DNA from: Macrostomum lignano
Lineage: Eukaryota
DNA: 64,000 bases
Assembly: GCA_002269645.1 (NCBI GenBank)
Contig: NIVC01000268.1
Span: 531,647-595,646 of the forward strand
Reading direction: 5' to 3'
Made by a program: the position numbers and the translations under genes. Below the pieces are notes generated by a model. That model had not been told where the DNA came from, searched no databases, and was given only the letters and a program-made list of their open reading frames with translations. Below, one piece after another: positions 36,360 to 50,080 of the stretch; position 1 is the stretch's first letter, and the number at the start of each line of letters is the position of its first letter.

Positions 36360-38337
36360 GCGCTCAACACTAACTCCTGATAAATAAATAATACTGACAA
36401 AGTGAAAGAACTTACAGCAGAAACGCTATATCAATATCCCGATGATTTACTGCGGTGATTAAGAATTTCAGGAATGTCAGAAATATGAGTATATCTAGAT
36501 AAATTTTTTCTGCATGCTCATAACTCTTTCGATTTGGTATTTATATATGCCTGAGAAAGGGCTGTCTGCAGAGCTGCTGTCTCAAAGCCCACCTCTTCCT
36601 AGCGCCGAGATACCCTCGGCGGCATGTGAGAAAAGAACTGCTTAATTTCTGTTGCCAGCCAGAAAATTTGAAAGGGAAAGAGACTGAGAGAAGCGAGTTC
36701 AGTCCCAGATCGATAGCAATAAGCGTGTAACCACTTCTCCCCCCAAAAAGGTCGTAAAACTGCTCATTGGAGCTAACTGAATGGCCAACGCGCCGTGTTT
36801 TGTTCCAGAATTAAAAGAAACAATGTTATTATAGTCATAGACTTGACTGGACAAAAACCTCGGTTCATTTTGGCAGTTATTGTCGAGCGAGGGGGTTGTA
36901 AAAACGTTGCTTTTAAGCCCGAAATTGAGCACACGTTGGCTTGGAATTTCACATTTGTTGCCGTGCAAGGCGGAGGCGGTGTGAGAATTGGTGCGATCAG
37001 TTTCCACGGTTCTCCTCACGCCTGCTTGAGTGCCAAAGATTATGATAAGACAAGCTGTTACGAAAACTGCGCTAGGATTTGACGTTTTGCTATTTTGTGC
37101 GCGCTCTTCTGTAAGCGCGCGTGTAAGAAATTTTTCTGCCCCAAGCAAGGTCTGAACAATGCCGCACGGATATCAGCTGCAGTTTACGATGTGAAAGGAC
37201 AGAAAATCTCAATGGAGCTTTTTACATTTCTTGTCGTATCTGACCGCGGGAGAAAAGATTTGGATCTTTTGCGCGCACGCATGAGCTCGCCAAAAATTGC
37301 TGGAGAAGCAGAGAATTCTGAGACAAATTCCCACCGCAGCGTGTGTGCGCGTGTGCGCGCGTCACTTTTCAAATTGTTGAAAAGCAGAAATGCAGAAAGT
37401 AAAAATGCAATAGTTTCAGGCCACGCTTCTTCTGAATCAAGACAAGATCCAGACAAGACTTCATCCAGCGAACTGCTTGGGAACTCCGGCTTAGCAACTA
37501 AAGCACAGCTAACCACCAGCTAGTTCTATAACAAGATTGTCTGCCACGTGTCACCAATTCGTAGCTTATTATACAATAAACAGTTCAGCAGAGGCGCGGG
37601 ACAAAAAAAGAAGTTGATATTTTCTTTACCAACAAAAAAGTAACAAATTCTCGGATAGCTCGACTGAACCTGTTGTGTGAACTTACTTTGGTATCGGATG
37701 GGGATGTGCAGCCGCTTCTGGTCTTCACTCTTCTTGTTGACTGTTGGAAGTTATTTTTTGTATGGCTACCGGATTCTCAGATTATCTTGAAGATGCAACT
37801 AAATGCGGGAGGATGACAGCAGCTGCTCTTATATGAATTAGCAATTCTTGTCGGATGTCGGGGGGGGGGGTCCTCGAGAGCGGGGCGGGGTGTTGGGGCA
37901 TTGGGGGGCCGCCCCCCCAAACCTTTGTGGGTTGGGTGGCTGCGGGGGTTGGGGCTCGGGGGTGGGGTGCCGCTCCCACTGATAACTGTTCTGGTTGGCT
38001 CCCATCCCCCTGCTGTCCTCCTTTAGAAGATCCCGGGTGGCCCCCTTTCTTCTTCTTCTACCTCCTCGTTTTCCTATCCTTGCTTGTCTTTCACAGCCCC
38101 ACTCTCCCTCCTCTCCTCCTTCTTGCCATCTTTTCCTGTCTGGCGGCTCTTCTCAAGAGAATCGCGGGCGTTGATTGGTTCGGGGAGCGAGCGGGAAGCC
38201 ACAGCGTATTGGTCCCATTAGGCTGGGCCGTGGCCATGCGGTCGGTTGGACATGCCCTCACAGTTTACAGATTCAATTATTGCCAGAAAATTCCCATTTT
38301 TCATAAACATTAACTTGGAAATAGTTTGACCAAAATC

Positions 38338-39062
38338 TCACTCTCTCACTCCGTCAGTCACTCCGAGAATCTCAGCCTCTCACTCCGCCAGTAACTCCGA
38401 GAATCTCAGCCTCTCACTCCGCCAGTAACTCCCGAGAATCTCAGCCTCTCACTCCGCCAGTAACTCCCGAGAATCTCAGCCTCTCACTCCGCCAGTAACT
38501 CCCGAGAATCTCAGCCTCTCACTCCGCCAGTAACTCCCGAGAATCTCAGCCTCTCACTCCGCCAGTATCTCCGAGAATCTCACCCTCTCTCACTCCGCCA
38601 GTCACTCCGAGAATCTCAGCCTCTCACTCCGTCAGTCACTCCGAGAATCTCAGCCTCTCACTCCGTCAGTCACTCCGAGAATCTCAGCCTCTCACTCCGT
38701 CAGTCACTCCGAGAATCTCAGCCTCTCACTCCGTCAGTATCTCCGAGAATCTCAGCCTCTCACTCCGCCAGTCACTCCGAGAATCTCACCCTCTCTCACT
38801 CCGTCAGTCACTCCGAGAATCTCAGCCTCTCACTCCGTCAGTCACTCCGAGAATCTCAGCCTCTCTCACTCCGTCAGTCACTCCGAGAATCTCAGCCTCT
38901 CACTCCGCCAGTCACTCCGAGAATCTCAGCCTCTCACTCCGCCAGTCACTCCGAGAATCTCAGCCTCTCACTCCGCCAGTCACTCCGAGAATCTCAGCCT
39001 CTCACTCCGCCAGTCACTCCGAGAATCTCAGCCTCTCACTCCGCCAGTCACTCCGAGAATCT
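38338..39062 (+). repeat. 34-bp minisatellite (GAGAATCTCAGCCTCTCACTCCGCCAGTCACTCC)
   Basis: About 21 copies. An inverted copy of the same family lies at 44572-45298. Confidence 0.95.
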
Positions 39063-40479
39063 TAGTCTCTGTCTGTCTCTCTCTACCCGTCTCTAATGAC
39101 AGCAGACCTTTCAACTACTTTTCAATTTTGAAAAACGGTCACCCACACGCAGTCTCATTTTTAGTATGCAGCACTATCCAACTCTTCTCAATTTCACGTG
39201 CCGGAGATTCCCTATAAAGATGGGTCTCCAATAAAGAGTCGCACAGGACCGTGGGGAGTCTCCCTATCAAGCCTGCATTGACTATATGACAATATCGCTT
39301 TCGGTCTATCAAGCTGCGCGCCATGGCTCCACTCAAGGGCTTGTCATGCTGCTTCTTCCGGGGGAATTGGTGCTGTTGTTGCAGACGCAGAAAGCCTGAC
39401 TGAATCTTTTCTTTAATAATATAACAGTCAGTACAGAGTCAGCGAAGTCTGATGCCGACACGAAGAAAATATTGGCTGCATGGGCGTCTTCGGGAAGACT
39501 TTTGAAGAAGATGATTAGGCCCGTGGAAATGAGCAGCCCTGCATGATTTTTATATGGCGGGCTGAAAAATGGCTGATGATAAAGCGACTTTCATGTCCGC
39601 CTTCATGCTCAGGTTCCTTTCACTGACAGGCGGGGTCGGGCCTTCCTCCAGCGATCCCATTGATTGTTATTCTAAGCATCCCGGATGGGGATCTAGTCTC
39701 CGCGCGGGACCCTTGCGGCAATTGCATTGTTCCCATCTTTGAGATGGCAAGTTCCTGTGAACACGGGGCGGGGGGGCGGCGGCGTCTCCTGCCTACATGA
39801 AGATATTATTGAAAGTTATATCGGGGAGACTCATAAGATATAATAAATGTGGGGGGGGGGACTGCGCATGTACACATAAAGACCTTCTATACCCCATGGT
39901 ATTGTTGTGACAACAGGATAGGGGCTGACACAAATTGAGAGGATGCGGGCAGGGTGGCTGTGCAGCAAAGGATTAATGTCCCCAGCGGGAAGGGGATCTG
40001 TTAACCACCACAACTCTCGGTAGGGAAGTTGCAGAGGAAAACTATAAGGAGAAATATGACTATAGAGGATTTGAGACATTTTCTGCCGCGGTCGAGGAGC
40101 TGGGAAATGCTGGGAAACAGGATTTTTAAAGCTTTTTTAATGTTTCTTGAGCTTTGAGCTGTTCTCACTTAACGCTGTATAAATTAATTGTGGGATTAGC
40201 CTTAGCCTGTTATATTGGAGGATATGAGGTAGCAACTATTGGACAATAATTGCCTTGTTTACTTTTAGTTTTATTGATGCTTTTTAGAACTCTTTTTAGA
40301 AAATGAAAACAATATTTTGACTGGGCGGTAAAAGATTTAATGAAATTCAAATTTTCAATCGGCTCTGTAGGGGGGGGGGGCACGGGTAATCAAAGTTGAT
40401 AGGGGGAGAACTGACAGACGGACTCAAAAATTAGGGGAATTTAAAAGACGCAGTTCTTGTGGAAAAGTTAAGAGAGGTG

Positions 40480-40655
40480 GTCAATAAGAGAGCAGTAGAT
40501 AAGAGAGGGAGTCAATGGAAAAGAGAAGTAGATAAGGGAGGTAGTCTAGGGAGAGAGAGGTAGATAAGAGACGAAGTCAAGAGGACAGAGAGGTAGATAT
40601 AAGAGGTAGTCTAGGGAGAGAGAGAGGTAGATAAGAGATACGCCAAGGAAGAGAT
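40480..40655. repeat. AG-rich degenerate repeat (GTAGATAAGAG)
   Basis: Purine-rich imperfect tandem copies. Confidence 0.6.
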
Positions 40656-41674
40656 GTGTTAAAAATTTAAGGCCAATTAATTTTCATATATAGCATCTGC
40701 ATTTTGAACCGCCAACGCCAAGAAGGCGACGGGATTGTGGCGGCGGGGGGATGGAGCTGTGAAGCTGGAGGTGTCGCTTCGCAAATGGGAAAATTGGAAA
40801 AGTCATATTGCTGTTCAGTCAGCCGTGGAGTCCGCCGCAGCTCTCATGGTCTTTGGCTGCCGAGCCGCTGTGGAAATCTGCGCGGGGATTCTGGGGATTC
40901 TGGGGATTCTATATAGTAAGATGGGGCTGAGATGAAGCTCAGCGCGGAGGCCTCCATGCTCAGCCAAGCTGAATGTCGACTATGATGAGGTTTGATCCCC
41001 GCACTCGCCTCTCCGCCGGATATTCGCCAGACCTCATCACTTTCTCTTCAGAATCAGGCGGTGCGGACTCAACATTATATAAAGATGAAGACTTGACGCT
41101 GGGAAAAAAAGCGCGCTCTCTCTCTTGTCTTGAAATTGGCACTAGCCGCTGCTGCAGGAGAGCGAGAGAGCGGGAGATGAGGAAATGGGATTCAATTTTT
41201 TGATTTGATAAAGCCCGACCCCTCTTTCTCCCCCACTCACTCTCTCACTTCCCCTTTTGCCAAAGTGATAGATAGGAGTTCGACTTCATCTGGTCAGCGC
41301 CAGGTCTGGTCAAGCGTGAATGCCAGAAATCTCCTCATTCTCCCGCAGCCCGAGAGTCCCTTTGGGGAATCCGCCGCGATTTATCGAGAGAGCGGAGAGA
41401 CTTTTAATAATCAGCCTCTCGCACACGCTCGCGTCAGGGGTTGGCCTGATGGTTAATGAAAACTGCTGCTGCACCACAGGGACTCACAGAGATGGCGAGC
41501 GAGAGTCTGTGCGCGCGCTCCGCGCTCTGATAGCTCAATTATCAATGCACGATCGCTGAGAGATGGATGCTGTTTATTCCGGATCTCAGCATCTGTGTTT
41601 CATCGAAATATTTTCGAATTGAAATTAAATTCAGTTTTAAGAGAGCAATGCCATGCTGCTTAGCTTCGAAGCTT

Positions 41675-42132
41675 TAGTAGATCAGATTCTAGCGCGAGTA
41701 GATCAGATTCTAGCGCGAGTAGATCAGATTCTAGCGCCAGTAGATCAGATTCTAGCGCCAGTAGATCAGATTCTAGCGCCAGTAGATCAGATTATAGCGC
41801 CAGTAGATCAGATTTTAGCGCCAGTAGATCAGATTTTAGCGCCAGTAGATTAGATTATAGCGCCAGTAGATCAGGTTCTGGCGCCAGTAGATCAGATTAT
41901 AGCGCCAGTAGATCAGATTATAGCGCCAGTAGATCAGATTATAGCGCCAGTAGATCAGGTTCTGGCGCCAGTAGATCAGATTATAGCGCCAGTAGATCAG
42001 GTTCTAGCGCCAGTAGATCAGATTCTAGCGCGAGTAGATCAGATTCTGGCGCCAGTAGATCGGATTCTAGCGCCAGTAGATCAGATTTTAGCGCCAGTAG
42101 ATCAGATTCTAGCGCCAGTAGATCAGATTTTA
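41675..42132. repeat. 21-bp minisatellite (AGTAGATCAGATTCTAGCGCC) x ~21
   Basis: Tandem copies. The reverse complement shares TGGCGCTAGA with the 22-bp array at 18748. Confidence 0.95.
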
Positions 42133-42785
42133 TGGCATGAAACTTCGCCAATCCAATTTTCCCATAGAGTTTCACAGAATCCTCACAATTCCTCTCCTCC
42201 CCATCTCAGTCGGCGGTCCTTGTCGCACAAGTATGACACATTCAATTTGCGTTCGAGTGAAAATTGACAGCGCCATAAGGCCCGCGGCTGCTACACAAGC
42301 GCATGATAAGGAGAAATATTCGAGTGGGTGAAAACTGGACAGACTCGGCGAAGTGGTCATGATTTGGAGAATTTAGGGGAGCAATAATGTAAGATTGCTG
42401 TGACACACGAGGCATCGAAGCAGTTAAAATCCTCTTTCCCAAATACTCAACCAATTATTTCCATCTGTTCGCGGAGTGGGGTTGCTTTGCCTTATAGAAT
42501 TGTTCAAGTGTATCAAGCCGGTTTTTAAAATCAGCATGGGGCACCAATGCACCATTGAGTTAATATTGACGTTTTTGCACGTTTGGTCTGATCCTAACCA
42601 TGCAGCGTCATCGCTCTTTCAAGTAACTGCGGCACAGTGCCTCAGCATCTCCTTCATTTATTCAATCTAATTATTTATTTATTGCTTCTGTGTCTCTGTC
42701 TACTTCTCTGTCTACTTCTCTATCTACTTCTACCTATAGCTCTACTTTTCTTTATCCACTCTTTTATCTACTTCTTTATCTACAT

Positions 42786-42804
42786 AATAATAATAATAAT
42801 AATA

Positions 42805-42841
<37 letters not shown>

Positions 42842-43141
42842 GATTACACCTGCCCCAATGGTCAGATGTGCAACCGACAGCTCAGCCGCAGCTACGAGTA
42901 TAATTGCGCGGTGCATCTGAAGGCTGCGTACGGCTGTTCAATCCAAGGACTGGGGGGTCGCCACACACAGCCTCAATTACCCCAGCTAATGCTGGCACCC
43001 ATTTTACAGCTGGGTGAACTGAAGCAATGCAGAGTTGAGTGTCTTGTTCAAGGACTCAAATTGTTCCGAGTGGGTCGAGAATCGAACCCCCGACCTTCCA
43101 TTTGTGAGTCCGATGCTCTGACTACTTAGACTACAACCCCC
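42786..43141 (-). mobile_element. tRNA-headed SINE with CORE-like central domain and (TTA)n tail
   Basis: Minus strand: A-box-like TAGTCTAAGTAG and B-box GGTTCGATTC (43079-88). Then CCTTGAACAAGACACTCAACTC...CAGCTGTAAAATGGG, which resembles the MIR CORE (CCTTGGGCAAGTCACTTAACCTC...CATCTGTAAAATGGG, recalled from memory). Ends in a trinucleotide tail at 42786-42840. Confidence 0.75.
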
Positions 43142-44571
43142 TAAGCCTACTTATATCTGCGTATCTGTCTACTTTTCTATCTACTCTACATCTCTATCTA
43201 CTTTTCTTCTATCTTCTATCTCCTATCTTCTTTAATCTTTAAACAGTTTTTTTTCGAGTATAATTACGAAATATTCGGCCTCGAATATCTCTCCCTTTTC
43301 TCTTTCGCCCTCATAAAAAGCGTTCACAAATTTTCAAGCTCTCGCTGGGCCGCTCGGCTGGCGCAACTTGTAGCGAGAAATTAAAATAAAAAAAGATTTT
43401 GTTTTTACACGTGGCTAACAAGAGAAGGTGCGTACGGAGATGCGAACTGTGTTCTAAGTGTCTCAAATTGCATCTGTGTTGTGTCGCAACATCTGCGGTG
43501 TACCCTGGTACACTCTTGTGTTTCAGTTTGTCTTGAGTTCATGCAGTTATATGGCCAAACTCTCCAACCCTATATAGCATTTTCTTCTTTGCAAAAGCAG
43601 CACCGCTTTGCTTGAAATTGCGCTCCTCCTCTGCATGCATGCTGCTCCAATATGCAGAAGCATTAAGAATAATCAAGAAGAACTTGAATGTTGCAATTTT
43701 TTGTATGTTAGAATCTCCGAAACTGTATGCATGTGTTACTTTCGCCACCTCTTTCAAGGTGAGGGGTGGGAGTTTTATGGCACCGCCTGCGACACGGGAC
43801 TGCAGAGAGCGAGAGTAAGAGGGTTGGGCATGGAATGCTAATAATGTGATTGATTTTAGCGATACGAAATCATATAGAATTATATAATATAGCTTTTGGT
43901 CTACGCTCGAGTAACGGAGCTTTTGTCTATGGTAGCAAGGCTGGAACAGCTGCATTTAGTTTGGTCCAACAAGCACCTAATTTGGTCCATAGCGGCTCTG
44001 TTGTTTCACCCCTAGATTCTAGAAGCAGCAAGGACGTCCACTTAGTCCACAAACTCATTGATTAGCAATCCAGATACTACATACTCGAATATGCAGTTGT
44101 CCATGACAATACTAGTATAGAAAGCAATTGGTTTGTAGCCCAGTCTTCTTCTGGGCTTTTTCAGATCAAATTGTATCGAAAATTGTTATGCAGGTAGATT
44201 ATAAATCAGGTAATTTTTTTTTCGCTTGCTTTCTCGCAGGTAATTAGAGCCTGCTGATAGACAGATACATGCAGAGCAACCGCTTTTGCGCCTGCCAAGT
44301 TGAATTGCATCTGGGGTAATAGCAACACCTTTATATGCGGCCTAAGTAGCAATTTCAAAAGCAAACGGAAACACTAGCTTGTTCCATTAATTTGTTTAAG
44401 TTATTAGTTATTAGTTATTCACTAACTGTATCGAATATTGTAGAATATATTTTATTTCGCATGGAGACTGCGAAATCCAACACCTCAGACAGTTGGAGAA
44501 CCAGTGGCTGTTGTAACTCTGCCGTTCACTTGTTAATATTGGCCTGCCGGGGAGTTTGATAATCACTAGCG

Positions 44572-45298
44572 GGATTCTCGGAGTGACTGGCTAAGTGAGA
44601 GGCTGAGATTCTCGGAGTGACTGGCGGAGTGAGAGGCTGAGATTCTCGGAGTGACTGACGGAGTGAGAGAGGCTGAGATTCTCGGAGATACTGGCGGAGT
44701 GAGAGGCTGAGATTCTCGAAGTGACTGACGGAGTGAGAGAGTCTGAGATTCTCGGAGTGACTGGCGGAGTGAGAGGCTGAGATTCTCGGAGTGACTGACG
44801 GAGTGAGAGAGGCTGAGATTCTCGGAGATACTGGCGGAGTGAGAGGCTGAGATTCTCGAAGTGACTGACGGAGTGAGAGAGTCTGAGATTCTCGGAGTGA
44901 CTGACGGAGTGAGAGGCTGAGATTCTCGGAGTGACTGACGGAGTGAGAGAGGCTGAGATTCTAGGAGTTACTGGCGGAGTGAGAGAGGCTGAGATTCTCG
45001 GAGATACTGGCGGAGTGAGAGGCTGAGATTCTCGAAGTGACTGACGGAGTGAGAGAGTCTGAGATTCTCGGAGTGACTGGCGGAGTGAGAGGCTGAGATT
45101 CTCGGAGTGACTGACGGAGTGAGAGAGGCTGAGATTCTCGGAGATACTGGCGGAGTGAGAGGCTGAGATTCTCGAAGTGACTGACGGAGTGAGAGAGTCT
45201 GAGATTCTCGGAGTGACTGACGGAGTGAGAGGCTGAGATTCTCGGAGTGACTGACGGAGTGAGAGAGGCTGAGATTCTAGGAGTTACTGGCGGAGTGA
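44572..45298 (-). repeat. 34-36 bp minisatellite, reverse complement of the 38338-39062 array
   Basis: GAGATTCTCGGAGTGACTGGCGGAGTGAGAGGCT units. Confidence 0.95.
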
Positions 45299-45782
45299 AA
45301 TTTTATATTTCTCATTCCATCCAAACTGAAAATACCCCCCAGAGATGCATCCTTGAGCTTAAGTGGGAAGATTCGAAAATCCACGCACTCCAATTGGGTT
45401 TTTTTTACCAAAACAGGTGGCAAAGAGTTTTTATGGCGTCAATTTTTCAACAATCTGTTGCAACTAAAATAATGATAAGAACTGACTGGATTGAGACCCG
45501 CTTAAAGACACATTAAAATCTATATAAAGGCAGTCAATTGTGCATTTTCTACTCAGGGTCGTAAATTGTGGCCTTGTCAGAATAGAGGCCAAGAAAGGCT
45601 TCGCTGATCAAACACTGCCGTCCCATCAGCTTCATCAACTCTGGCTTGAGATGGCGCGTTCTGTAAACTGCATTCGAGCGCGTTCGCTCATTTCGGCTCT
45701 ATCTTGAAGAATTTACTGCCTCAGTTGAGTCTTGGTGGAGAAAAAAGTGCTCTCTACTGCTCTATACTGGCTTGCAAACATC

Positions 45783-48104
45783 TCCCTCTGTGTCTCCCTC
45801 TGTGTCTCCCTGTCTATCTCCCTGTCTATCTCCCTGTCTATCTCCCTGTCTATCTCCCTGTCTATCTCTCTGTCTATCTCCCTGTGCATCTCCCTGTGCA
45901 TCTCCCTGTCTATCACCCTGTCTATCACCCTGTCTATCACCCTGTCTATCACCCTGTCTATCACCCTGTCTATCTCCCTGTCTATCACTCTGTCTATCTC
46001 CCTGTCTATCACCCTGTCTATCTCCCTGTCTATCACCCTGTCTATCACCCTGTCTATCACCCTGTCTATCACTCTGTCTATCTCCCTGTCTATCACCCTG
46101 TCTATCACTCTGTCTATCTCCCTGTCTATCACCCTGTCTATCTCCCTGTCTATCACCCTGTCTATCTCCCTGTCTATCACCCTGTCTATCACCCTGTCTA
46201 TCACCCTGTCTATCACTCTGTCTATCTCCATGTCTATCACCCTGTCTATCACTCTGTCTATCACCCTGTCTATCACTCTGTCTATCTCCCTGTGCATCTC
46301 CCTGTCTATCTCCCTGTCTATCACCCTGTCTATCACCCTGTCTATCACCCTGTCTATCACCCTGTCTATCACTCTGTCTATCTCCCTGTCTATCACCCTG
46401 TCTATCTCCCTGTCTATCACCCTGTCTATCACCCTGTCTATCACCCTGTCTATCACTCTGTCTATCTCCCTGTCTATCACCCTGTCTATCACTCTGTCTA
46501 TCTCCCTGTCTATCACCCTGTCTATCTCCCTGTCTATCACCCTGTCTATCACCCTGTCTATCACCCTGTCTATCACTCTGTCTATCTCCCTGTCTATCTC
46601 CCTGTCTATCTCCCTGTGCATCTCCCTGTGCATCTCCCTGTCTATCTCCCTGTCTATCACCCTGTCTATCTCCCTGTCTATCACTCTGTCTATCTCCCTG
46701 TCTATCACCCTGTCTATCACTCTGTCTATCTCCCTGTCTATCACCCTGTCTATCTCCCTGTCTATCACCCTGTCTATCTCCCTGTCTATCACCCTGTCTA
46801 TCACCCTGTCTATCACCCTGTCTATCACTCTGTCTATCTCCATGTCTATCACCCTGTCTATCACTCTGTCTATCTCCCTGTCTATCACCCTGTCTATCTC
46901 CCTGTCTGTCACCCTGTCTATCACCCTGTCTATCACCCTGTATATCACTCTGTCTATCTCCCTGTCTATCTCCCTGTCTATCTCCCTGTCTATCTCCCTG
47001 TGCATCTCCCTGTGCATCTCCCTGTCTATCTCCCTGTCAATCACCCTGTCTATCTCCCTGTCTATCACCCTGTCTATCACTCTGTCTATCTCCCTGTCTA
47101 TCTCCCTGTCTATCACTCTGTCTATCTCCCTGTCTATCACCCTGTCTATCTCCCTGTCTATCACCCTGTCTATCACCCTGTCTATCACCCTGTCTATCAC
47201 TCTGTCTATCTCCCTGTCTATCTCCCTGTCTATCTCCCTGTGCATCTCCCTGTGCATCTCCCTGTCTATCTCCCTGTCTATCACTCTGTCTATCTCCCTG
47301 TCTATCACTCTGTCTATCTCCCTGTCTATCACCCTGTCTATCTCCCTGTCTATCACCCTGTCTATCACCCTGTCTATCACCCTGTCTATCACTCTGTCTA
47401 TCTCCCTGTCTATCACCCTGTCTATCACTCTGTCTATCTCCCTGTCTATCACCCTGTCTATCTCCCTGTCTATCACCCTGTCTATCACCCTGTCTATCTC
47501 CCTGTCTATCTCCCTGTCTATCACCCTGTCTATCTCCCTGTCTATCTCCCTGTCTATCTCCCTGTCTATCTCCCTGTCTATCTCCCTGTCTATCACCCTG
47601 TCTATCTCCCTGTCTATCTCCCTGTCTATCTCCCTGTCTATCTCCCTGTCTATCTCCCTGTCTATCTCCCTGTCTATCACCCTGTCTATCTCCCTGTCTA
47701 TCTCCCTGTCTATCACCCTGTCTATCTCCCTGTCTATCACCCTGTCTATCACCCTGTCTATCACCCTGTCTATCTCCCTGTCTATCTCCCTGTCTATCAC
47801 CCTGTCTATCACCCTGTCTATCACTCTGTCTATCTCCCTGTCAATCACCCTGTCTATCACCCTGTCTATCACTCTGTCTATCTCCCTGTCTGTCTCCCTG
47901 TCTATCTCCCTGTCTATCTCCCTGTCTATCTCCCTGTCTATCTCCCTGTCTATCTCTCTGTCTATCTCCCTCTGTATCTCCCTGTCTATCTCCCTGTCTA
48001 TCTCCCTGTCTATCTCCCTGTCTATCTCCCTGTCTATCTCCCTGTCTATCTCCCTGTCTATCACCCTGTCTATCACCCTGTCTATCACCCTGTCTATCAC
48101 CCTC
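45783..48104. repeat. 12-bp minisatellite (TCTATCACCCTG / TCTATCTCCCTG and variants), about 190 copies
   Basis: Tandem copies with variant patterns. Source of the four 810-853 aa spurious ORFs. Confidence 0.98.
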
Positions 48105-49242
48105 ACTGTCTTCCTCTCTATATCCCTCTCCATCTCCCTCTTCATCTCTCTCTATTTCTACATCTCTGCTCTTACCATATTTTTCAATCAAATTTCATCT
48201 TCTCTCTCCCTAATCCATTCTCCCTACCTTCTCTATCATTATTTTTCTCTTCACAACGGAACTGAATTCCCGGATCAAATTTCAATATAAAAATAAAAAT
48301 TCATCAACCAATGTAGATTGTCCGACCGGACTTTGTCGAACGTGATGTTTTGGAGGCTAAATATGATGAAGGGATCTGAAGAGGCTGGTATAGACCGCGG
48401 TTACCAATATAAAAGACAGGGTTGCTCAGAAGAGATCGAGCTGATAATTATTGCAGAAAGAAATGTCCTGCAGAAGGTGGACACACATGGACCCGAAGCT
48501 AGTTAAGCAAACACATGCATGCATATTAATGTATGCATTGTCCATTGGCACATTCACCAGGGGATCTGGCAAAATAGGGAAGAAGGGGGGGTGTGCTGGT
48601 CGTCTCCTTCCCCTATAGATCTGACCACCAGATACGAAGACGGTTCTTAAGCACGCGGACCTGTCACCAACATTGCAATGCCCAAGTGGGACTGTGGACC
48701 GTGGCTAGCGATATATTTCAGCAGAATTCTGCTGGCCGGCAGGACACATCGGCACCTGTGCGTGTTTCTCTGATCCTTTCTAACAGAGGAGATTATTTAA
48801 AAAACGATGCTTGAATGCATTCTGCTCCGCGGGTGTAATATGCCCGCCCCATGTTGTCCGTCCGTGTCTTGTGTGGGTCTTCAGCTGTTCGCATACTCTT
48901 TCGCATCAGTGAGCTCACAACTGACTCTGTGGGAGGCTGTCCATCATAACAGACTTTCGCCTTTCAATTAGGAAGTCTTTCAACTGCGGTTGATAACTTG
49001 AGCCATTCAGTTTCGATAGTAATTTATCAAAAAAATTCTGAGATAAACAACTCCGTCTTAAGAAGCGAAGACTGTAGAATCGGAACGGCAGGGATTCGCT
49101 GTGGGATAGGCGCAAATCCCCTCAGATGGATTGAGTGCACATGTAAAGTTTATGAGGCACAATAGTCAATAGACACATGAAGCACAAAATGCAAATAAAA
49201 TCCACGTAGGGACATACAAGTCAAAAAGATGCGTACTACATA

Positions 49243-50080
49243 AGACACTTTGAGACACTTTGAGACACACTGAGACACATTGAGACACATTGAGACACAT
49301 TGAGATACATTGAGACACATTAAGACACACTGAGACACATTGAGACACATTGAGGCACATTAAGACACATTGAGACACATTGAGGCACATTAAGACACAT
49401 TGAGACAATTTGAGACACACAGAGTCACTGTGAGACACTTTAAGACACTTTGAGACATATTATGACACATTAGGACACATTGAGACACATTGAGACACAT
49501 TGAGACACATTGAGACACATTGAGACACTGTGAGACACATTGAGACACATTGAGACACATTAGGACACATTGAGACAATTTGAGACACACTGAGTCACTG
49601 TGAGACACTTTAAGACACTTTGAGACACATTATGACACATTGAGACACATTAAGACATATTGAGACACATTGAGACACATTAAGACACATTGAGACACAT
49701 TGAGACACATTGAGACACATTGAGACACATTGAGACACTTTGAGACACACTGAGACACATTGAGACACACTGAGACAATTTGAGACACACTGAGACACAT
49801 TAAGACACACTGAGACACATTGAGACACACTGAGACAATTTGAGACACACTGAGACACTGTGAGACACTTTGAGACACTTTGAGACACATTGAGACACAC
49901 TGAGACACATTGAGGCACATTGAGACACATTGAGACACATTAAGACACATTGAGACACATTAAGACACTTTGAGACACATTAAGACACTGTGAGATACAT
50001 TGAGACACTGTGAGACACATTGAGATACGTTGAGACACATTGAGACACTTTGAGACACTTTGAGACACATTGAGACACAA
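49243..50080. repeat. 10-bp minisatellite (TGAGACACAT)
   Basis: About 80 degenerate copies. Confidence 0.95.

Noticed and set aside
36600-36625. Helitron 3' hairpin (also near 27700 and 3302)
   Set aside because: Short GC hairpins without a following CTRR terminus or any Rep/helicase remnant.
37855-38313. 152-aa plus-strand ORF
   Set aside because: Built from G-runs and CT-rich low-complexity sequence, with no splice or domain support.
43065-43141. Functional tRNA gene
   Set aside because: The acceptor and anticodon stems do not pair, there is no oligo-T terminator, and the sequence continues into a SINE body and tail.
43539-43955. 138-aa minus-strand ORF as an upstream exon of the zinc-finger gene
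   Set aside because: No PR-domain or other recognisable motif and no convincing donor; left uncalled.
45704-48290. ORFs of 810-853 aa
   Set aside because: They are translations of a stop-free 12-bp tandem repeat on both strands, with no domain content.
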